Shown: positions 29,011-41,386, counted from the first letter of the whole stretch. The stretch is DNA of 63,516 bases, filler included, from 7 parts of 7 records of this genome joined end to end with filler, not necessarily neighbours in it, one strand, 5' to 3'. Translations and numbers: made by a program. Notes: generated by a model not told the origin, from the sequence alone.

Positions 29011-29850
29011 TCAAATAGCAATGGGTGCCTTAATCCCAGGATGCGGCTCATACCCGTCAAACTCGAAATCCTCCAGCTCGTACTCGAAGATCGATGAAGG
29101 CTTCCGCTTGATCACCAGTTGGGGCAACGCCCGTGGCTCCCGCTTCAACTGCTCGAACACGATGTCGTCGGTCAGGTGGTTCTGGTACAGGTGACAATCG
29201 CCAAAGGTATGGACGAACTCCCCCACACCCAGATCGCACTGCTGGGCAATCATGTGAGTCAGCAACGCATACGAGGCAATATTGAACGGCACCCCCAGGA
29301 AAAGATCCGCACTGCGCTGATAGAGCTGACAGGAAAGCTTGCCGTCGGCGACGTAGAATTGGAACAGGCAGTGGCACGGAGCCAAGGCCATGCGACCCTG
29401 GCGGACGTTGTCCTGGGGGCCAATGGATTCATCCGGGAGCTCAGCCGGGTTCCACGCCGAGACAATCAACCGGCGTGAATTGGGCTTGTTGCGAATCTGG
29501 TCAATCACTTCGCTGATCTGGTCGACGGTGCTGCCATCCGGGCAGTGCCAGCTTCGCCACTGTTTGCCGTAAATAGGACCGAGGTCTCCGCTCTCCAGGG
29601 CCCATTCATTCCAGATAGAAACGTTGCGCTCTTTCAGCCAGTTGTTGTCGGTGGACCCCTGCAGGAACCACAACAGCTCCTGGATAATGCTGCGCAGGTG
29701 GACTTTCTTGGTGGTCACCAGCGGGAAGCCGTCCTGCAGGTCAAAGCGAATCTGGCGGCCAAAGACCGAGCGGGTGCCGACGCCGGTGCGGTCACCGCGG
29801 TCCATGCCGTTGTCCACCACGTCTTTCATCAGGTCGAGATAGGCTTTCAT
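29011..29850 (-). CDS. thyA: thymidylate synthase
   Basis: [46 protein letters not shown]. Confidence 0.98.
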   Translation of the reverse strand: MKAYLDLMKDVVDNGMDRGDRTGVGTRSVFGRQIRFDLQDGFPLVTTKKVHLRSIIQELLWFLQGSTDNNWLKERNVSIWNEWALESGDLGPIYGKQWRSWHCPDGSTVDQISEVIDQIRNKPNSRRLIVSAWNPAELPDESIGPQDNVRQGRMALAPCHCLFQFYVADGKLSCQLYQRSADLFLGVPFNIASYALLTHMIAQQCDLGVGEFVHTFGDCHLYQNHLTDDIVFEQLKREPRALPQLVIKRKPSSIFEYELEDFEFDGYEPHPGIKAPIAI

Positions 29851-30635
29851 TCAGCGTTTCTCCGGTAAGCAATAACGATCAGAACGGCGCCCGCCAGGAT
29901 CATCGGGAACGACAACACCTGCCCCATGGTCAGCCAGTCGAAGGCCAGGTAACCCAGCTGGGGGTCGGGCTGGCGAACAAACTCCACCAGGAAGCGGAAG
30001 ATACCGTAACACGCCAGGAACAGGCCTGAGACCGCCATGCGAGGTCTCGGCTTGGACGAAAACCACCACAGGACAATGAACAGCAGGACGCCCTCCAGGG
30101 CGAACTGGTAAAGCTGGGACGGGTGCCGGGCCAGGCTGTCCGGCGCGGTACGGAAGACCATACCCCAGGCAACATCCGTGGGTTTGCCCCAGAGTTCGCC
30201 GTTGATGAAGTTGCCGATGCGACCAGCACCCAGGCCAACCGGCACCAGTGGCGCGACGAAATCGGCAATCTGCCAGAAGGTGCGATCCACCTTGCGACCG
30301 AACCACCACATGGCGAAGATCACACCAAGCAGGCCACCGTGAAAGGACATTCCCCCTTCCCACACGCGCAGCAACATCAACGGGTCAGCCGCGAAGGCAC
30401 TGAAATTGTAGAAGATCACATAGCCAAAGCGGCCGCCCAATATCACGCCAAGGGCAATGTAGAACAGCATGTCCCCCATCTGCACTTCGGTAATCGGCGA
30501 CCAGGGCTTGCGGGCGCGAAGGCGGCCCAGCCACCAGCCCACAAGAAATCCGACCAGGTAGGTCAAGCCATACCAGTGTATTTTCAAAGGCCCGATGGCA
30601 ATGGCCACCGGATCGATTTGCGGATGCTGGAGCAT
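29847..30635 (-). CDS. lgt: prolipoprotein diacylglyceryl transferase
   Basis: [40 protein letters not shown]; overlaps thyA. Confidence 0.98.
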   Translation of the reverse strand: MLQHPQIDPVAIAIGPLKIHWYGLTYLVGFLVGWWLGRLRARKPWSPITEVQMGDMLFYIALGVILGGRFGYVIFYNFSAFAADPLMLLRVWEGGMSFHGGLLGVIFAMWWFGRKVDRTFWQIADFVAPLVPVGLGAGRIGNFINGELWGKPTDVAWGMVFRTAPDSLARHPSQLYQFALEGVLLFIVLWWFSSKPRPRMAVSGLFLACYGIFRFLVEFVRQPDPQLGYLAFDWLTMGQVLSFPMILAGAVLIVIAYRRNAE

Positions 30636-30650
30636 CAATAACCCCTCAGG

Positions 30651-31457
30651 TCAGAACAGAAAACGGATACCTACGACAATCAGGAAGATGGCGAAGATTT
30701 TTTTCAACAGGACTGCGTCCAGGCGATGAGCCAGGTTGGCTCCAACCCGGGCGAACAACACACTGGTCAGAACGATACCCACAAACGCAGGCAGATAGAT
30801 AAACCCGACACTGAGCTCCGGCAGATCTGGGTTCTGCCATCCGGTGCCAATGTTTGCCAGCGCACCGGCCACAGCGATGGGCAATCCACAGGCAGCGGAG
30901 GTGCCTACCGCTTGCTGCATCCGCACGTTGCACCAGCTCAGGAACGGAACAGTCAGCGTCCCCCCGCCAATGCCAAAAATAGCGGATGCCCAGCCAATAC
31001 CGGCCCCGGCACTGCCCAGCCCAACGGAACCGGGCACATTGCGGCCAGGTTTGGGGTTGGCACCGAAAAGCATTTTCAAAGCCACCAGAATGACAAACAC
31101 ACCAATGACCAGCTCCAGGGCCTCACCACTGAGCATGGATGCGGTCCAGGCACCCAACACCGCACCGAGCACAATGCCCGCCGTCATGGGGCGGAATATC
31201 TCCCAGCGGACGGCGCCGTGGAGATGGTGGGACCGTATTGAACTGATGGAGGTGAAGACAATAGTGGCCAAAGAGGTGCCCACGGCAAGGTGCGCCACAA
31301 TGTCGCTACTCACACCCTGCAGGTCAAAACTGAAAATAAGCACCGGAACAATAACCAGCCCGCCACCAATGCCAAACAGGCCGGCCATGGTGCCCGCCAG
31401 GGCGCCCAGCACAAGGTACAGGCCAACAACAGCAAAAAGGGTCATACTCAGCCACAC
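30651..31457 (-). CDS. sulfite exporter TauE/SafE family membrane protein
   Basis: GLFGIGGG and IFGIGGG, AVGTS twice, multiple TM helices; alternative start at 31445. Confidence 0.93.
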   Translation of the reverse strand: MWLSMTLFAVVGLYLVLGALAGTMAGLFGIGGGLVIVPVLIFSFDLQGVSSDIVAHLAVGTSLATIVFTSISSIRSHHLHGAVRWEIFRPMTAGIVLGAVLGAWTASMLSGEALELVIGVFVILVALKMLFGANPKPGRNVPGSVGLGSAGAGIGWASAIFGIGGGTLTVPFLSWCNVRMQQAVGTSAACGLPIAVAGALANIGTGWQNPDLPELSVGFIYLPAFVGIVLTSVLFARVGANLAHRLDAVLLKKIFAIFLIVVGIRFLF

Positions 31458-31531
31458 ACAGACAGCAAATCAGGCTGGTATGATACACACCGAATCCCTT
31501 TTGTTCACTCGCGACTGATGAGCCCGCCACC

Positions 31532-32317
31532 ATGTGCCTGATTGTTTTTAGCGTAAAACAGCATCCTGCCTTTCCATTGGTCGTGGCAGCAAATCGCGAT
31601 GAGTTCTTTCGCCGGCCCACGGCGGCCATGGACTGGTGGCACAGCGAAACCGCCGGGCGCGATGTTCTGGCGGGACGTGATTTGCAGTCAGGCGGCACCT
31701 GGCTCGCAGTCGATGAGGATGGAGCTGTTGCCGCGGTGACCAATGTGCGGGAAGGCTCGCAGGTAACCGGCGCCCACTCCCGTGGCGAACTGCCACTGAT
31801 GGCGCTGGCAGACAACAGCGATACGCTCGCAGCCCGGCTGCAGACACGAAAAAGCGATTACTCGGGATTCAATCTGGTCAGGCTGAGTGGCCACTCGGGA
31901 TGGTACTACAGCAACCGTGACGCTCACCCCGGGCGCCATGTTCATCGCGGCACCTACGGCTTGAGCAACCACCTTCTGCAGACCCCATGGCCAAAACTGC
32001 TGAGATTGAGAAACTCGGTGACCGATTTGCTTGAAGGTGCGTCGGCGGACCGCACTGATGACCTCCATCACGATCTTATCGAACGCCTGCAGGACACCAC
32101 GCCGGCGCCCGACCATGAACTACCGGATACCGGTATTGGCAAGGACACCGAGCGCTTTCTGTCTTCGCCGTTCATTATTGGCAGTGACTACGGTACCCGC
32201 GCCACGACAGTGGTCACGGTCAGCGCCGTCGGTGAAGTCCGGGTAACGGAACAGTGCTGGGGACCGGAGGGAAAAAAGGAAGGCTCAAGGCATTTCTGCT
32301 GGCAGCGGTCGGCCTGA
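31532..32317 (+). CDS. NRDE family (Tango2) protein
   Basis: MCLI, AANRDE, GRDLQSGGTW, SRGEL, GFNL, LSN, YGTR. Confidence 0.95.
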   Translation: MCLIVFSVKQHPAFPLVVAANRDEFFRRPTAAMDWWHSETAGRDVLAGRDLQSGGTWLAVDEDGAVAAVTNVREGSQVTGAHSRGELPLMALADNSDTLAARLQTRKSDYSGFNLVRLSGHSGWYYSNRDAHPGRHVHRGTYGLSNHLLQTPWPKLLRLRNSVTDLLEGASADRTDDLHHDLIERLQDTTPAPDHELPDTGIGKDTERFLSSPFIIGSDYGTRATTVVTVSAVGEVRVTEQCWGPEGKKEGSRHFCWQRSA

Positions 32318-32322
32318 AGCTT

Positions 32323-32331
32323 TGGTATAAT
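32323..32331 (+). promoter_or_regulatory. extended -10 promoter of xseB-ispA
   Basis: TGGTATAAT about 35 nt upstream of the xseB start. Confidence 0.55.
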
Positions 32332-32365
32332 CCGCCAAATTCCGCGAAGCAACCGGAGGCCCTTT

Positions 32366-32620
32366 ATGGCCGGTGAGAAAAGCGCGGCGTCCATCGCCGA
32401 CTTCGAAAAATCCCTGGATGAGCTGGAAAAACTGGTCCATGACCTGGAGCAGGGCGAACTCTCCCTGGAGCAGTCTCTTACTGCATTCGAGCGCGGCGTA
32501 AAGCTGACTCGCGAGTGCCAGCAAGCGCTCAAGACGGCGGAACAGCGGGTAGAACAACTGGTGGAAAACAGCGATGGCACACTGGAAACACGCCCTTTTA
32601 GCCCGGACGAACCTGCCTGA
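32366..32620 (+). CDS. xseB: exodeoxyribonuclease VII small subunit
   Basis: [31 protein letters not shown]...AEQRV; xseB-ispA-dxs order. Confidence 0.97.
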   Translation: MAGEKSAASIADFEKSLDELEKLVHDLEQGELSLEQSLTAFERGVKLTRECQQALKTAEQRVEQLVENSDGTLETRPFSPDEPA

Positions 32621-33519
32621 TGCCAACTCCGAATACCCGCCTGGCGGCGTTCCTGGAACAATGCCGCAATCAGATTGACGCCGAACTTGAGCGCCAGCTT
32701 TGTGCATCCGGCCACGGCTCTGAACGCCTGCAACAGGCCATGCGATACGGTGTTCTGGGCGGTGGCAAGCGCATCCGGCCGGCGCTTTGCCTGGCGGCAG
32801 CCACGGCGCTTGGCCAGCCTCAGGAAAGTGCGATCGTTCCCGCCTGTTCGCTGGAACTGATTCATGCCTATTCGTTGATTCACGATGACCTGCCCGCCAT
32901 GGACAACGATGACCTGCGCCGGGGCCGCCCCACCGCACACATCGCCTTTGACGAAGCCACCGCCATATTGGCAGGCGATGCGCTGCAGACCCTTGCGTTC
33001 GGCTGGCTGGCCGAAGCACCGGGACTGGATGATCAGGTGCGCCTTGCAATGATACGGGAACTGGCGACCGCCAGCGGCCACCAGGGCATGGCAGGTGGAC
33101 AGGCGATAGACCTTGAGTCCGTGGGCAAGCAGCTGACCGTTGAGCAGCTGGAAAATATGCACCGTCACAAAACCGGCGCACTCATTGCGGCCAGCGTCCG
33201 GATGGGTGCCCTCACCGCAACCGAGGTGAACGAGGACCAGTTGGCGGCCCTCACGGTTTATTCGCAAACCCTCGGTCTCGCTTTCCAGGTGCAGGATGAC
33301 TTGCTGGACATCGAGGGCGATACGACTGTGATCGGCAAACCCCAGGGCTCGGATCTGGCCCGATCCAAGCCAACCTATCCCTCGCTGATGGGCGCTGACG
33401 GCGCCCGAAACTACCTGTCACAGCTGCTTGAGTCCGCACTGGCCAGCATCGAGATGTTTGGAGAGGAAGGCGACCTGCTCCGGGACATGGCCGGTTACGT
33501 AGTGGCACGCACCCATTGA
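32620..33519 (+). CDS. ispA: farnesyl diphosphate synthase
   Basis: GGKRIRP, SLIHDDLPAMDNDDLRRG, GQAID, KTG, FQVQDDLLD. Confidence 0.96.
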   Translation: MPTPNTRLAAFLEQCRNQIDAELERQLCASGHGSERLQQAMRYGVLGGGKRIRPALCLAAATALGQPQESAIVPACSLELIHAYSLIHDDLPAMDNDDLRRGRPTAHIAFDEATAILAGDALQTLAFGWLAEAPGLDDQVRLAMIRELATASGHQGMAGGQAIDLESVGKQLTVEQLENMHRHKTGALIAASVRMGALTATEVNEDQLAALTVYSQTLGLAFQVQDDLLDIEGDTTVIGKPQGSDLARSKPTYPSLMGADGARNYLSQLLESALASIEMFGEEGDLLRDMAGYVVARTH

Positions 33520-33656
33520 TCATCAACGGCTCAGGCATGCACACTGACTTATGAAGGACTGGAGGGGCCCGGCTGGCCCAATCAGTATGAAACCGGGTGC
33601 CTTCATCCCCTATAATGGAACCCACATTTTGAATCACCCGGAAAAGACCCGAGCAG

Positions 33657-35591
33657 ATGCAGGATACATATACTTTTAAGGAAATCCCGTCCCAACGGCC
33701 CAACACGCCGCTGCTGGACAGGATTGACACTCCCGGGCAACTGCGCGAACTGGCAGCAGAGCAACTGACCCAGCTCGCCAGGGAGCTACGTGCCTTCCTG
33801 CTATGGTCGGTGGGACAAACAGGCGGCCACTTCGGCGCCGGCCTGGGTGTCCTGGAACTGACCGTTGCCCTGCATTACGTCTTCAATACCCCGGAAGACC
33901 GCCTGGTCTGGGACGTCGGCCACCAGGCCTATCCCCACAAAATCCTGACCGGGCGCCGGGAACGCATGAACAGCATCCGTCGAAAGGATGGCCTGGCCGG
34001 CTTCCCGAAACGGGCGGAGAGCGAATACGATACCTTCGGCGTTGGTCACTCCAGCACTTCCATCAGCGCTGCCCTGGGTATGGCCATCGCCTCTCGCATG
34101 CAGGGCACTGGTCGCAAGAGCATTGCCGTCATCGGGGATGGTGCCATGACGGCCGGCATGGCGTTCGAGGCCCTGAACCACGCCGGGCATCTGGACGCCA
34201 ACATGCTGGTGATCCTCAACGACAATGACATGTCTATTTCCCGCAATGTGGGTGGGTTGTCGAACTATTTTGCCAAGCTGTTGGCGAGCCGGACCTACAA
34301 TCAGGTCCGCGACAGCGGAAAACGGGTGCTTCAGGGCACGCCACAGTTGATGGCGCTGGCCCGCAAGACCGAGGAACACTTCAAGGGCATGATTTCCCCG
34401 GGCACGCTGTTTGAGGAGCTGGGGTTCAACTACATCGGCCCCATCGACGGCCATGACCTGCCTCTGCTGCTGGAGACTCTGGAGAACATCCGCGAACTGG
34501 ACGGACCGCAATTCCTCCACGTGGTCACCACCAAGGGCAAGGGTTTCGCCCCGGCCGAAGCCGATCCAATCGGCTACCATGCCATCAACAAGATCGAACC
34601 GGTGCCGCCCAGCAAGCCAGAACCGGTTGCTCCGAAGCCATCGAAGCTGAAATACGCCAACGTGTTTGGCCAATGGCTCTGCGACGCCGCAGAAGCCGAC
34701 GACCGCATTGTGGGGATCACCCCCGCCATGTGTGAAGGCTCCGATCTTCTGGCGTTCTCCCAACGCTTCCCGGACCGGTATTTCGACGTCGCCATTGCCG
34801 AACAGCATTCCGTCACCCTGGCGGCGGGCCTTGCCTGTGACGGCGCCAAACCGGTGGTGGCGATCTATTCGACGTTCCTGCAGCGTGCCTACGATCAGCT
34901 GATCCATGACGTGGCCATACAGAACCTGGACGTCCTGTTCGCGATTGACCGCGCCGGGCTGGTCGGCGAAGACGGCCCCACTCACGCAGGCGCGTTTGAC
35001 ATCAGCTACTTGCGCTGTGTCCCGAACATGATCGTGATGACTCCCTCTGACGAAAACGAAACCCGGCAACTGCTGCACACAGGTATGCTGTTTGAGGGGC
35101 CGGCGGCAGTGCGCTACCCACGGGGCACAGGCCCGGGTGCAGAGATGGTCCGCGAGCTGGCTCCACTACCGATCGGCAAGGGTCGGCTCGTGAAAGAAGG
35201 CTCAGGGGTTGCCATACTCAACTTCGGCACACTGCTCACGCCCGCACTGGAGGCTGCCAAGTCTCTGGGCGCCACTGTCGCCGACATGCGCTTTGTAAAA
35301 CCGTTGGATGAAGAGCTCATCCTGGCATTGGCGGAAAAGCATGACCTGCTGGTTACGATTGAAGAGAACGCCATTGCCGGCGGAGCGGGCAGCGCGGTGA
35401 CGGAATTCCTGAACAGTCGGGATGTCAGCCAGCCGGTGCTTCAGATCGGCCTGCCAGACACCTTCATAGATCACGGTAAGCACGGCGAGTTGCTGTCTTC
35501 CTGTGGACTGGATGCCGAAGGTATCAGGCACACTATTGAAACCCGCCTGGAGCGAATGAAGTACAACCAGTCGCTAAAGGCGGTTCAATAA
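33657..35591 (+). CDS. dxs: 1-deoxy-D-xylulose-5-phosphate synthase
   Basis: [33 protein letters not shown]...[21 protein letters not shown]. Confidence 0.98.
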   Translation: MQDTYTFKEIPSQRPNTPLLDRIDTPGQLRELAAEQLTQLARELRAFLLWSVGQTGGHFGAGLGVLELTVALHYVFNTPEDRLVWDVGHQAYPHKILTGRRERMNSIRRKDGLAGFPKRAESEYDTFGVGHSSTSISAALGMAIASRMQGTGRKSIAVIGDGAMTAGMAFEALNHAGHLDANMLVILNDNDMSISRNVGGLSNYFAKLLASRTYNQVRDSGKRVLQGTPQLMALARKTEEHFKGMISPGTLFEELGFNYIGPIDGHDLPLLLETLENIRELDGPQFLHVVTTKGKGFAPAEADPIGYHAINKIEPVPPSKPEPVAPKPSKLKYANVFGQWLCDAAEADDRIVGITPAMCEGSDLLAFSQRFPDRYFDVAIAEQHSVTLAAGLACDGAKPVVAIYSTFLQRAYDQLIHDVAIQNLDVLFAIDRAGLVGEDGPTHAGAFDISYLRCVPNMIVMTPSDENETRQLLHTGMLFEGPAAVRYPRGTGPGAEMVRELAPLPIGKGRLVKEGSGVAILNFGTLLTPALEAAKSLGATVADMRFVKPLDEELILALAEKHDLLVTIEENAIAGGAGSAVTEFLNSRDVSQPVLQIGLPDTFIDHGKHGELLSSCGLDAEGIRHTIETRLERMKYNQSLKAVQ

Positions 35592-35609
35592 ACACGCGAA
35601 GAGATCACA

Positions 35610-36224
35610 TCAGACGGCGGGATCGTCGTCCTGGTGGGTCTCGAACCAGTGTCCGAGCTTGCTCTGCTTGGTATTGAGGTAATGCTCATTGTGGGGGTTG
35701 CGCCCCACGTGCAGAGGGACGCGCTCCGCTATTTCTATACCCAGATCGGTCAAAGCATCTACCTTACGGGGGTTATTGGTCATCAGCCTCAGGCTACGAA
35801 TGCCCAGGTGCGCCAACATATCCCGGCACATGCTGTAGTCCCGCAAGTCAGCCGCAAAGCCGAGTTGTTCGTTGGCTTCCACCGTATCCGCACCCTGATC
35901 CTGCAGGTTGTAGGCACGAATCTTGTTCAGCAGCCCAATACCCCGGCCTTCCTGGCGCAGGTACATAAGAATGCCCCGACCTTCGCGGGCAATACTGCGC
36001 AAGGCTTCTTCCAACTGATAACCACAGTCACAGCGCATGCTGTACAGGGCATCACCGGTCAGGCACTCGGAGTGGGTCCGCGCCAGCATCGGCTCCGGAC
36101 TGTTGAGGTCACCCAGCGTAAGCGCCACGTGCTCCTTTCCGGTGTCCGGCTCTTCAAAGCCGTGCATGTCGAAAACGCCGAAAGGGGTTGGCAGCCGGCA
36201 AGTCTGGATGTAACGAACAGCCAC
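35610..36224 (-). CDS. ribA: GTP cyclohydrolase II
   Basis: [41 protein letters not shown] before the GTG. Confidence 0.97.
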   Translation of the reverse strand: MAVRYIQTCRLPTPFGVFDMHGFEEPDTGKEHVALTLGDLNSPEPMLARTHSECLTGDALYSMRCDCGYQLEEALRSIAREGRGILMYLRQEGRGIGLLNKIRAYNLQDQGADTVEANEQLGFAADLRDYSMCRDMLAHLGIRSLRLMTNNPRKVDALTDLGIEIAERVPLHVGRNPHNEHYLNTKQSKLGHWFETHQDDDPAV

Positions 36225-36307
36225 AGTGTTTCCTCGTGGTTCAGTCAATCGAGCGGCGCATTCTATCACGAGGCCAGCGCCCTGGCGTAGTCTCTGTATG
36301 ATGGATC

Positions 36308-36796
36308 CTACGAACCGGAGTCAGAAGCAGACCAGTGGCCACTACGCCCACCCTTCTTCTCCAACAGGCGGACATTGTCCACGACCATCCCGCGATCAAC
36401 GGCCTTGCACATATCGTAGAGGGTCAGTGCCGCCACGCTGGCGGCCGTCAGGGCCTCCATCTCAACACCGGTCTGGCCGGAGAGCTTGCAGCGAGTGGCG
36501 ATGTGAATCGAAGCGCCGTCCTTGCCCGGCGTCAGCTCTACCTTTACCGAGGTCAAGTTCAGCGCGTGGCAAAGCGGAATCAGCTCGTGGGTTTTCTTGG
36601 CCGCCATGATACCGGCAACCCGCGCCACCGCCAGCACATCTCCCTTGGGATGCTGCCCTTCCACAATCATTGCCAGGGTGTCCGGCGCCATCCGAATCAG
36701 CGCCTCGGCCCTGGCCTCACGCTCGGTAACAGCCTTGGACGTAACGTCTACCATACGCGCGGCGCCAGTATCGTCAAGATGCGTCAGTTTGCTCAC
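36308..36796 (-). CDS. moaC: cyclic pyranopterin monophosphate synthase
   Basis: [47 protein letters not shown]. Confidence 0.98.
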   Translation of the reverse strand: MSKLTHLDDTGAARMVDVTSKAVTEREARAEALIRMAPDTLAMIVEGQHPKGDVLAVARVAGIMAAKKTHELIPLCHALNLTSVKVELTPGKDGASIHIATRCKLSGQTGVEMEALTAASVAALTLYDMCKAVDRGMVVDNVRLLEKKGGRSGHWSASDSGS

Positions 36797-36872
36797 GGTG
36801 TCTCCCAAAATCGTTGATAAAAGCGGCCTTCACGGATCTATCATACCAGAGCGTACAGAACTGGCGGCGGGA

Positions 36873-37838
36873 TCAGTATCCGTCCCCTGACCACCAGAAA
36901 CCAATACCCGCAATGCCCTGAGCGCCAGCCTGCCGTGCTGCGAGGATATCATCAGGGACAAGCCCGCCAAGGGCATAAACAGGAATCGCGGCGCCTGCGA
37001 CCAGCTCCTGGAAACGCTCCCACCCAATTCCCGGCGCGCCAGGATGGGAAGAGGTAGGCTTTACCGGTCCCAGGGTAATGAAGTCTGCCTGGAGCTGTTC
37101 TGCATGGGCAATTTCCTCTTCATCGTGACAGGAGATTGCCAGCAGGTAGCCCTCGGGTATCGGCCGGGAGGAAAACTGCCGGGCCTCCCGCCACGGCAGG
37201 TGCAAACCGGTGGCCTGGGGCAGGCACTCAAGCAGCGGCGGGGCACCGTGAAGCATCAACAGCGAATCGCTGGCGCGACACGCCTCCAGTGACCAGCCCG
37301 CCAACCGCTCGTAGACCTCATCGCTTAGTCCCGGTGCCCTGAACAGGCACATCTGTGGGCGCGTTTCGAGCAAGCGCTGACGAAGTTGTTCAGGGAATGC
37401 CGAGGGATCGCCAGCAGAACCGGTAATGGCATAGCGACGAGGCAGCTTCAGGGCGCGGATAATCGGACGGTTTGCAGCGGGGAAATCAACATCCGCCAGG
37501 TCCTGGACATCGAGCCATTGTATCGCCTGCCCTTCACGGCCCTCGGGGTCGCCTTCAGCGGAAGAGGTTTCCCAGACATCAAGAAACACCCGCTTGTCCC
37601 CATAATCGTGGCGAACTCCAATCACCGGCTCAAGCAGGTTCGGATTTATCCGCAACCCGGTCTCTTCCCGAATCTCCCTGACCAGGGCCTGTTGGACCGT
37701 TTCACCGGCCTCAACCTTGCCACCCGGAAGCTCAAGTAAACCACCCTGATGAACATGGTCCGGCCGACGGGCGATCAATACCTTCCCATCACGAAAGACA
37801 ACACCCACCGCAACGTGTATTTCCCGAACTGGCGTCAT
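36873..37838 (-). CDS. Nudix hydrolase (MutT-like) fused to a thiamine-phosphate-synthase-like domain
   Basis: PGGKVEAGE...REIREETG Nudix box; C-terminal SCH, ADFITLGPVKPTSSHP, YALGG. Confidence 0.92.
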   Translation of the reverse strand: MTPVREIHVAVGVVFRDGKVLIARRPDHVHQGGLLELPGGKVEAGETVQQALVREIREETGLRINPNLLEPVIGVRHDYGDKRVFLDVWETSSAEGDPEGREGQAIQWLDVQDLADVDFPAANRPIIRALKLPRRYAITGSAGDPSAFPEQLRQRLLETRPQMCLFRAPGLSDEVYERLAGWSLEACRASDSLLMLHGAPPLLECLPQATGLHLPWREARQFSSRPIPEGYLLAISCHDEEEIAHAEQLQADFITLGPVKPTSSHPGAPGIGWERFQELVAGAAIPVYALGGLVPDDILAARQAGAQGIAGIGFWWSGDGY

Positions 37839-37840
37839 AA

Positions 37841-39058
37841 TCAGGTGCGATACTCAGCATTGATGGTGACGTAGTCATGGGAAAAGTCGCAGGTCCACAC
37901 CCGTTCACTGACATTCCCCCGCCCGAGATCAATATGGATGGTAATTTCCTCACCGTCCATCACGGCCTGCCCGCGGGACTCGCTGTAATCCGCAGCACGG
38001 CCGCCATTGCGAACCAGGCACACATCTCCCAGCCAGATCTCGAGGGCGTTCAGGTCCAGACCGGCGACACCAGCACGCCCCACGGCAGCCAGTATCCGCC
38101 CCCAGTTGGGATCGGATGCAAACAGTGCGGTTTTGACCAGTGGTGAGTGAGCGACCGTATAGGCAACGTCCAGCGCCTCCTGTACCGATGTCGCGCGGCT
38201 CACATCAATGGTGACAAACTTGGTGGCACCTTCGCCGTCGCGAACAATCGCGTGCGCCAGCTCGAGGAACACCTCGCGCAGCGCTTCCCTGAGCTTTGGC
38301 AGGGACGGGCTATCGGCCGCGATTTCAGGGCCGCCGGACTGACCGCTGGCAATGAGCATGCAGGCATCGTTGGTGGACGTGTCACCGTCGATGGTAATCC
38401 GATTGAACGACGCCTCTCCTAATTCTGACGCAAGGCTCGCCAACACATCGGGTGCGATATTCGCATCGGTGGCAATAAAGCCCAGCATGGTAGCCATGTT
38501 GGGGCGGATCATGCCCGCCCCCTTACTGATACCGGATATGGATACCGCTTGGCCATCCAGATCAATCCGGCGCGAGGCACCCTTGGGACGAGTGTCGGTG
38601 GTCATGATCCCAGACGCTGCTTCAGCCCAGTGGGACTCCGAGACATCCGCCAGTGCTTGCGGCAACGCGCTGACAATTTTACCAACCGGCAGTGGCTCCC
38701 CGATAACCCCTGTCGAAAACGGCAGCACGCTACCAGCGGGGACACCGGCGTGATCCGCCAAAGCCTGACAACAGGCCTGGGCATCCTTCATGCCTTGTTC
38801 GCCGGTGCCGGCATTGGCATTGCCGGTGTTGATCAGCAGGTAGCGCGGTGCATCGCTTGCCAGATGGCTTCGCGTGACGTGAACAGGGGCCGCGCAAAAT
38901 TGATTACGGGTGAAAATACCGGCCACTCGGCTACCCGGCGCCAACTCTATAACCACCAGATCCTTCTTGCCGGGTTTCTTGATACCGGCACTGCCGATAC
39001 CCAGCCTGACACCGGCCACCGGGAAAAACGTCGGCAAGGTTCCTGGACCAACTGCCAT
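37841..39058 (-). CDS. argJ: bifunctional glutamate N-acetyltransferase/amino-acid acetyltransferase
   Basis: GNANAGTG, STGVIG, IMTTDT, KGAGMIRPNMATML, DTSTND, DGEGATK, DPNWGR. Confidence 0.98.
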   Translation of the reverse strand: MAVGPGTLPTFFPVAGVRLGIGSAGIKKPGKKDLVVIELAPGSRVAGIFTRNQFCAAPVHVTRSHLASDAPRYLLINTGNANAGTGEQGMKDAQACCQALADHAGVPAGSVLPFSTGVIGEPLPVGKIVSALPQALADVSESHWAEAASGIMTTDTRPKGASRRIDLDGQAVSISGISKGAGMIRPNMATMLGFIATDANIAPDVLASLASELGEASFNRITIDGDTSTNDACMLIASGQSGGPEIAADSPSLPKLREALREVFLELAHAIVRDGEGATKFVTIDVSRATSVQEALDVAYTVAHSPLVKTALFASDPNWGRILAAVGRAGVAGLDLNALEIWLGDVCLVRNGGRAADYSESRGQAVMDGEEITIHIDLGRGNVSERVWTCDFSHDYVTINAEYRT

Positions 39059-39125
39059 TTTCACTCTCCTTTCGTCATGATCGGCTTCTACCCGGCGATC
39101 CGGCCGGAACACCGGTTACCAAACG

Positions 39126-39157
39126 AAAAACCCGCAACCTGTCGATCAGGGTGCGGG
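39126..39157 (-). terminator. rho-independent terminator of secA
   Basis: AAAAA-CCCGCAACCTG-TCGAT-CAGGGTGCGGG. Confidence 0.7.
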
Positions 39158-39185
39158 CCTTAGTTCGCTCACTCAGCGGCGGAAA

Positions 39186-41285
39186 TCAGTTGACCTTTCC
39201 ACAACACTGCTTGTACTTCTTGCCAGACCCGCATGGACAAGGCTCGTTTCGCCCTACCTTTCGGTCCTGTCGCACAAAAGTCTCCGGCGTTCCCTGAGGC
39301 TGCTGGGTAGCAGCTCCATCTGCGCTGTCATCCTGCCTGTGCTGTGCGGTGGCGCTGGTTTCATCGTGGCGCAGTCGCGCCTGGGCAAGCTCCCGCTCCA
39401 GCTCTTCCTTGCGGCGGCGTTCCACCTCTTCCATTTCTTCACGGCTCTGAACACGGACATGAGACAACACCCGGACCACATCACGCTTCATGGTTTCCAG
39501 CATGCTTTCAAACAGGTTAAAGGCCTCGCGCTTGTACTCCTGCTTGGGGTTCTTCTGGGCATAACCACGCAGGTGGATACCACGGCGCAGGTGATCCATG
39601 TTTGATAGATGCTCTTTCCAGAGCGTGTCGAGCACTTGCAGGAACACCTGCTTCTCGAACTTGCGCATGGGCTCGGAGCCCGCCAGTTCCTCTTTGGCGT
39701 CGTAGGCCGCGACAATCTCTTCCAGAATACGCTGACGCAGATTCTCTTCGTAGAGCTTGCTGTCCTCGTCCAGCCATTTCTGAACAGGCAGGTTGATGGC
39801 CATCTCCGATTGCAGCTGGCTCTCCAGGCCGGCAACATCCCATTGCTCCGGCATGCTCTGCGGCGGGATGAACTCACTGACCAGAGAGTCCACCACATCC
39901 TCGCGAATGGTTTTAATCATCTCGGAAACGTCTTCCGAGGACATGACCTCGTTACGCTGATCATAGATCACCGTACGCTGGTCGTTGGCAACATCATCGT
40001 ACTCCAGCAGGGTTTTCCGCATATCGAAGTTGCGGCCTTCCACCTTGCGCTGGGATTTTTCAATGGCGTTGGTGACCATTCGATGCTCGATGGCCTCGCC
40101 TTTTTTCATCCCCATGGCCTGCATCAGGCTCTTCACCCGATCCGGCGCGAATATCCGCATCAGGTTATCTTCCAGCGACAGGAAGAACCGTGATGAACCA
40201 GGATCGCCCTGACGACCGGCACGGCCTCGAAGCTGATTGTCGATACGGCGGGATTCGTGACGCTCGGTACCAATGATGTGCAGACCACCAGCCTCAAGTA
40301 CCTGGTTGTGGCGCTCGGTCCATTCGGCCTTGGTGCGGGCAATTTCCTCTTCGGTGGGGCTTTCCATACCCGCCACTTCAAATTCCCAGTTACCACCCAG
40401 CACAATATCCGTACCACGGCCGGCCATGTTGGTGGCAATGGTGACTGCACCCGGGCGACCGGCCTGGGCAATGATCTGGGCCTCACTCTCATGCTGTTTG
40501 GCGTTCAGGATCTTGTGGTCAATCCGCGCCTTCTTGAGCAGCATGGACAGAAGCTCAGAGGCCTCAATTGAGGCCGTGCCCACCAGGATTGGTCGTCCCT
40601 CAGCCGTCACGTCCTTGATCTCATCAATGATGGCGTGGAACTTCTCTTCCTGAGTCAGGTAAATCAGATCGTTGTAATCGATTCGCTGGATGGGCTTGTT
40701 GGGCGGAATAACAACCACGTCCAGACCGTAGATCTGGCGAAATTCAAATGCCTCGGTGTCCGCGGTACCGGTCATGCCGGCGAGCTTGTCGTAAAGACGG
40801 AAATAATTCTGGAAAGTGGTGGATGCCAGGGTCTGACTCTCTGCCTGAATGCGAACACCTTCCTTGGCTTCAATCGACTGGTGCAGACCTTCACTCCAGC
40901 GACGGCCCGGCATGGTACGACCTGTGTGCTCGTCAACGATCACCACCTGATCGCCCTGGACAATGTAATCCACGTCCTTCTGGAACAGATGATGAGCTCG
41001 GAGGGCCGAGTGGACGTGATGCAACAGGCTAAGGTTGGCTGCGGAGTACAGGCTCTCACCTTCCTTCAGCAAGCCCCTTTCCAACAACAGCTCTTCCACT
41101 TTTTCATGGCCGGTTTCGGTCAATTCCACCTGACGGGACTTCTCATCGATGGTGAAATCGCCACTGGGCTCACCCTCTTCACTGACTTCACCCATCTCAA
41201 GGCTTGGCACAAGCTCGTTGATCGCCAGGTAAAGTTTTGAACTGTCCTCCGCCGCGCCCGAGATGATCAGCGGGGTACGGGCTTC
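39186..41285 (-). CDS. secA: preprotein translocase subunit SecA, 5'-truncated
   Basis: [68 protein letters not shown]. Confidence 0.99.
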   Translation of the reverse strand, partial: EARTPLIISGAAEDSSKLYLAINELVPSLEMGEVSEEGEPSGDFTIDEKSRQVELTETGHEKVEELLLERGLLKEGESLYSAANLSLLHHVHSALRAHHLFQKDVDYIVQGDQVVIVDEHTGRTMPGRRWSEGLHQSIEAKEGVRIQAESQTLASTTFQNYFRLYDKLAGMTGTADTEAFEFRQIYGLDVVVIPPNKPIQRIDYNDLIYLTQEEKFHAIIDEIKDVTAEGRPILVGTASIEASELLSMLLKKARIDHKILNAKQHESEAQIIAQAGRPGAVTIATNMAGRGTDIVLGGNWEFEVAGMESPTEEEIARTKAEWTERHNQVLEAGGLHIIGTERHESRRIDNQLRGRAGRQGDPGSSRFFLSLEDNLMRIFAPDRVKSLMQAMGMKKGEAIEHRMVTNAIEKSQRKVEGRNFDMRKTLLEYDDVANDQRTVIYDQRNEVMSSEDVSEMIKTIREDVVDSLVSEFIPPQSMPEQWDVAGLESQLQSEMAINLPVQKWLDEDSKLYEENLRQRILEEIVAAYDAKEELAGSEPMRKFEKQVFLQVLDTLWKEHLSNMDHLRRGIHLRGYAQKNPKQEYKREAFNLFESMLETMKRDVVRVLSHVRVQSREEMEEVERRRKEELERELAQARLRHDETSATAQHRQDDSADGAATQQPQGTPETFVRQDRKVGRNEPCPCGSGKKYKQCCGKVN

Positions 41286-41286
41286 G

Positions 41287-41386
41287 NNNNNNNNNNNNNN
41301 NNNNNNNNNNNNNNNNNNNNNNNNNNNNNNTTAATTAATTAANNNNNNNNNNNNNNNNNNNNNNNNNNNNNNNNNNNNNNNNNNNN
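41287..41386. other. artificial contig linker
   Basis: N44-TTAATTAATTAA-N44. Confidence 0.99.

Noticed and set aside
33520-33656. Possible riboswitch upstream of dxs (ATGAAGG...CCTTCAT pairing)
   Set aside because: No TPP or other riboswitch consensus recognised; a TATAAT near the gene suggests an ordinary promoter.
29011-41285. Marinobacter-like gene block examined as a possible novel cluster
   Set aside because: Conserved housekeeping order (lgt-thyA, xseB-ispA-dxs, secA-argJ-Nudix).
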